Assembly (NCBI GenBank): GCA_963695855.1
Contig: CAVOHZ010000010.1
Coordinates: 160,001 to 224,000 of the forward strand
Reading direction: 5' to 3'
DNA from: an uncultured Nitrososphaerales archaeon
Lineage (GTDB): Archaea; Thermoproteota; Nitrososphaeria; Nitrososphaerales; Nitrososphaeraceae
Length of the DNA: 64,000 bases
Part shown: one piece after another, positions 62,897 to 64,000 of the stretch
Numbering within the stretch: position 1 is the stretch's first letter
Layout of the letters: each line of letters begins with the position of its first letter
Made by a program: the position numbers and the translations under genes
Notes under the pieces: generated by a model
What the model was told of the DNA's origin: nothing
The model's database searches: none
The model's input: the letters and a program-made list of their open reading frames with translations, nothing else

Positions 62897-63951
62897 TGTT
62901 GTACTTACCAACATAGGTTACAATTTCATTTACCAACATAGGTAACACTTTCTAGTCTGCTAGGAAGTGTATGAAAAATAGAATTAGAATTACAAACAAA
63001 ATATAACTTAATTCATGAGAAAGAATGGACTGGCGATTCAGTAACTAACATTTGTATACGATATCAGATATCCAGAAAATCTTACTACAAGTGGAAGAAG
63101 AGGTACCTAAAGTATGGAATAGACGGTCTACATAATAGAAGTAGAAAACCACACAATATACAACCAGGAAAAGTAACAAAAGAGATAGAACAGGAAATAA
63201 TCAATTTACGTACAACAAAAAAATTTGGATGCAATCGTATCAGATTCAGGTTAAAGCGTTTAAATCAGATATCACTCAGTACTAAGACGATATACAAAAT
63301 ACTGAAAAGACACGGATTGAATATCCTAAAATGTAAAATCAGAAATAGACAGTACAAAAGATTTGCAATGGAAAAACCCAATCAAATGCTACAGATTGAT
63401 ATCTTGGGACCGTTTTATCTTGAGAATTGTGCTCAAAAGAATTATTTTATCAGTTGTGAAGATGATTGTTCAAGAAAGGTATCAAGTGAATGGTCTGAAA
63501 GAAAAAGAAGTGTAGATGTACTGCAGGTACTGTAAGACTACATAGTAGAGAATGGTAAACCAGAAAAGGTAATGCATGATAATGGTAAACAGTTTACATC
63601 CAAGATATTCAGACGTTTTCTACAACGTAACAACATTAAAGATAAATCCATACCTGCCAGATATCCGCAACTACAAGGAAAGATAGAAGCATATAACAAG
63701 ATACTAAAAAATGAGTCTCTAGCAGTAGAAAACATTCCAAATGTAGAAGATGGAAAGAGAATGTATGCCATGTTTGTAAAAGCATACAATGAAGAAAGAG
63801 AACATGGTGGAATCAATGGTCACACACCATCTGAAATGTTTCTCATGAAAGGAAGATTAAATAGTTGTAAGAATATCAAGACAGTCAAGCAGATAAAAAG
63901 TGTTACCCATGTTGGTAAGTGAATCTGTTACCTATCTGTGTAAGTACAACA
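62897..63951 (+). mobile_element. IS481-family element, 1055 bp, 6-bp CCTAGA target duplication
   Basis: TIR tgttgtacttac / gtaagtacaaca; TSD at 62891-62896 and 63952-63957; two ttaccaacataggt-like repeats at each end. Confidence 0.93.
62971..63922 (+). pseudogene. IS481-family transposase with 4-bp frameshift and internal TAA
   Basis: HTH ISRKSYYKWKKRY; LQIDIL, DDCSR, HDNGKQF, GKIEAYN; acaa duplication at 62992-62999; stop at 63533-63535. Confidence 0.9.
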
Positions 63952-64000
63952 CCTAGATATGCTCAAACCTGAATAGTATTATCTTCTGTTATCCTATACA

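Overview
AT-rich (about 30% GC by eye) archaeal chromosome segment from an ammonia-oxidising archaeon of the Nitrososphaeraceae (Nitrosocosmicus-like; inferred from gene content, ribosomal operon layout and protein style). It has three parts. (1) An accessory zone at about 4.5-15.3 kb holds four paralogous secreted proteins that share a two-cysteine core and an upstream promoter motif but carry different tandem-repeat modules, interleaved with nested and decayed IS elements. (2) A housekeeping core at about 15.5-47 kb holds the thiolase/DUF35 pair, tRNA-Asn with a non-canonical intron, the rpl3-rpl6 cluster, psmA, pur genes, tRNA-Thr, argS and trmI. (3) A stress/dormancy-type cluster at about 47-63 kb holds Dps, class I GAPDH, three USPs, a CBS-fused site-2 protease, PolX, a CoA-disulfide-reductase-like enzyme and a CBS protein, plus two IS481-like elements. 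The most notable signal is an archaeal IS110 element (6432-8909). Its upstream non-coding end folds into a two-loop bridge-RNA-like structure. The loop sequences match the element's own ends (donor) and its insertion site (target), and that site is the terminal inverted repeat of an IS6-like miniature element. Most IS copies here also carry perfect 4-12 bp tandem duplications, several of them frameshifting. All calls are by eye from sequence and the ORF track; no database searches were run.
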